From positions 1,490,001 to 1,554,000 of the forward strand of contig NC_045698.1 in the NCBI RefSeq assembly GCF_009834535.1: 64,000 nucleotides of DNA, in the 5' to 3' direction. Below, piece after piece: positions 63,701 to 64,000 of the stretch. Below the pieces are notes generated by a model. That model was given only the letters and a program-made list of their open reading frames with translations. It ran no database searches and was not told the DNA's origin. Within the stretch, counting starts at the first letter, position 1, and every line of letters starts with the position of its first letter. Origin of the DNA: Camelus ferus. Its lineage: Eukaryota. The position numbers were made by a program, and so were the translations under genes.

Positions 63701-64000
63701 CAAAGAAGTCATATAGATGGCCAACAGGCCCATGAAAGGATGCTCAGCATCACTAATCATCAAGGAAATACAAATCAGAACCACAATGAGATATCACCTC
63801 ACACTTGTCAAAACGGCTTTTATCAAACAGACAAGAAATAACAAATGTTGGCAAAGATGTGGAGAGAAGGGACCCCTAATGCACTGCTGGTGGGAATGTA
63901 GTTTGGTGCAGCCATTATGGAAAACAGGATGAAGATTCCTCAGGAAACTAAAAATAGAACGACCACACAATCCAGAAATCACACTCCTGGGTATTTACCT
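60705..64000 (+). mobile_element. Decayed LINE-1 ORF2 (endonuclease, RT, C-terminal CCHC region), running off the window end
   Basis: Frames YIKQILT...TIIVGDFNAP (endonuclease), [24 protein letters not shown] and [19 protein letters not shown]. Multiple stops and frameshifts. Confidence 0.95.

Noticed and set aside
60705..64000. Active reverse transcriptase gene
   Set aside because: The L1 ORF2 is broken by many stops and frameshifts, and ORF1 and the promoter are absent.

Overview
This is mammalian genomic DNA, very probably camelid: it carries a vic-1-type tRNA(Ala)-derived SINE at 53318-53445 and young L1 3' ends of the artiodactyl/camelid type. GC- and CpG-rich unique sequence (about 2-34 kb and 45.5-55.5 kb, subtelomere-like) alternates with AT-rich LINE-1 piles (about 35.5-45.5 kb and 55.8-64 kb). 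I recognise no intact protein-coding gene. The ORFs in the track are chance GC-rich frames, simple-repeat frames or decayed L1 ORF2 pieces. The window holds many L1, L2, MIR, LTR and DNA-transposon relics, several tandem repeats, and AT-rich motif-dense islands that look like developmental enhancers, so it is probably a gene desert or a very large intron. The most notable observations are: four young L1 insertions within 18 kb that all show twin-priming 5' inversions (three with clear target-site duplications); a GC-box minisatellite facing an opposite-strand G-quadruplex tract; AT-to-GC remodelling of an old L1 3' end; and three orphan exon-like segments with strong splice signals. I found no convincing novel biological system. 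Repeat family names come from recalled consensus similarity, not from a database search, and boundaries of old repeats are approximate.
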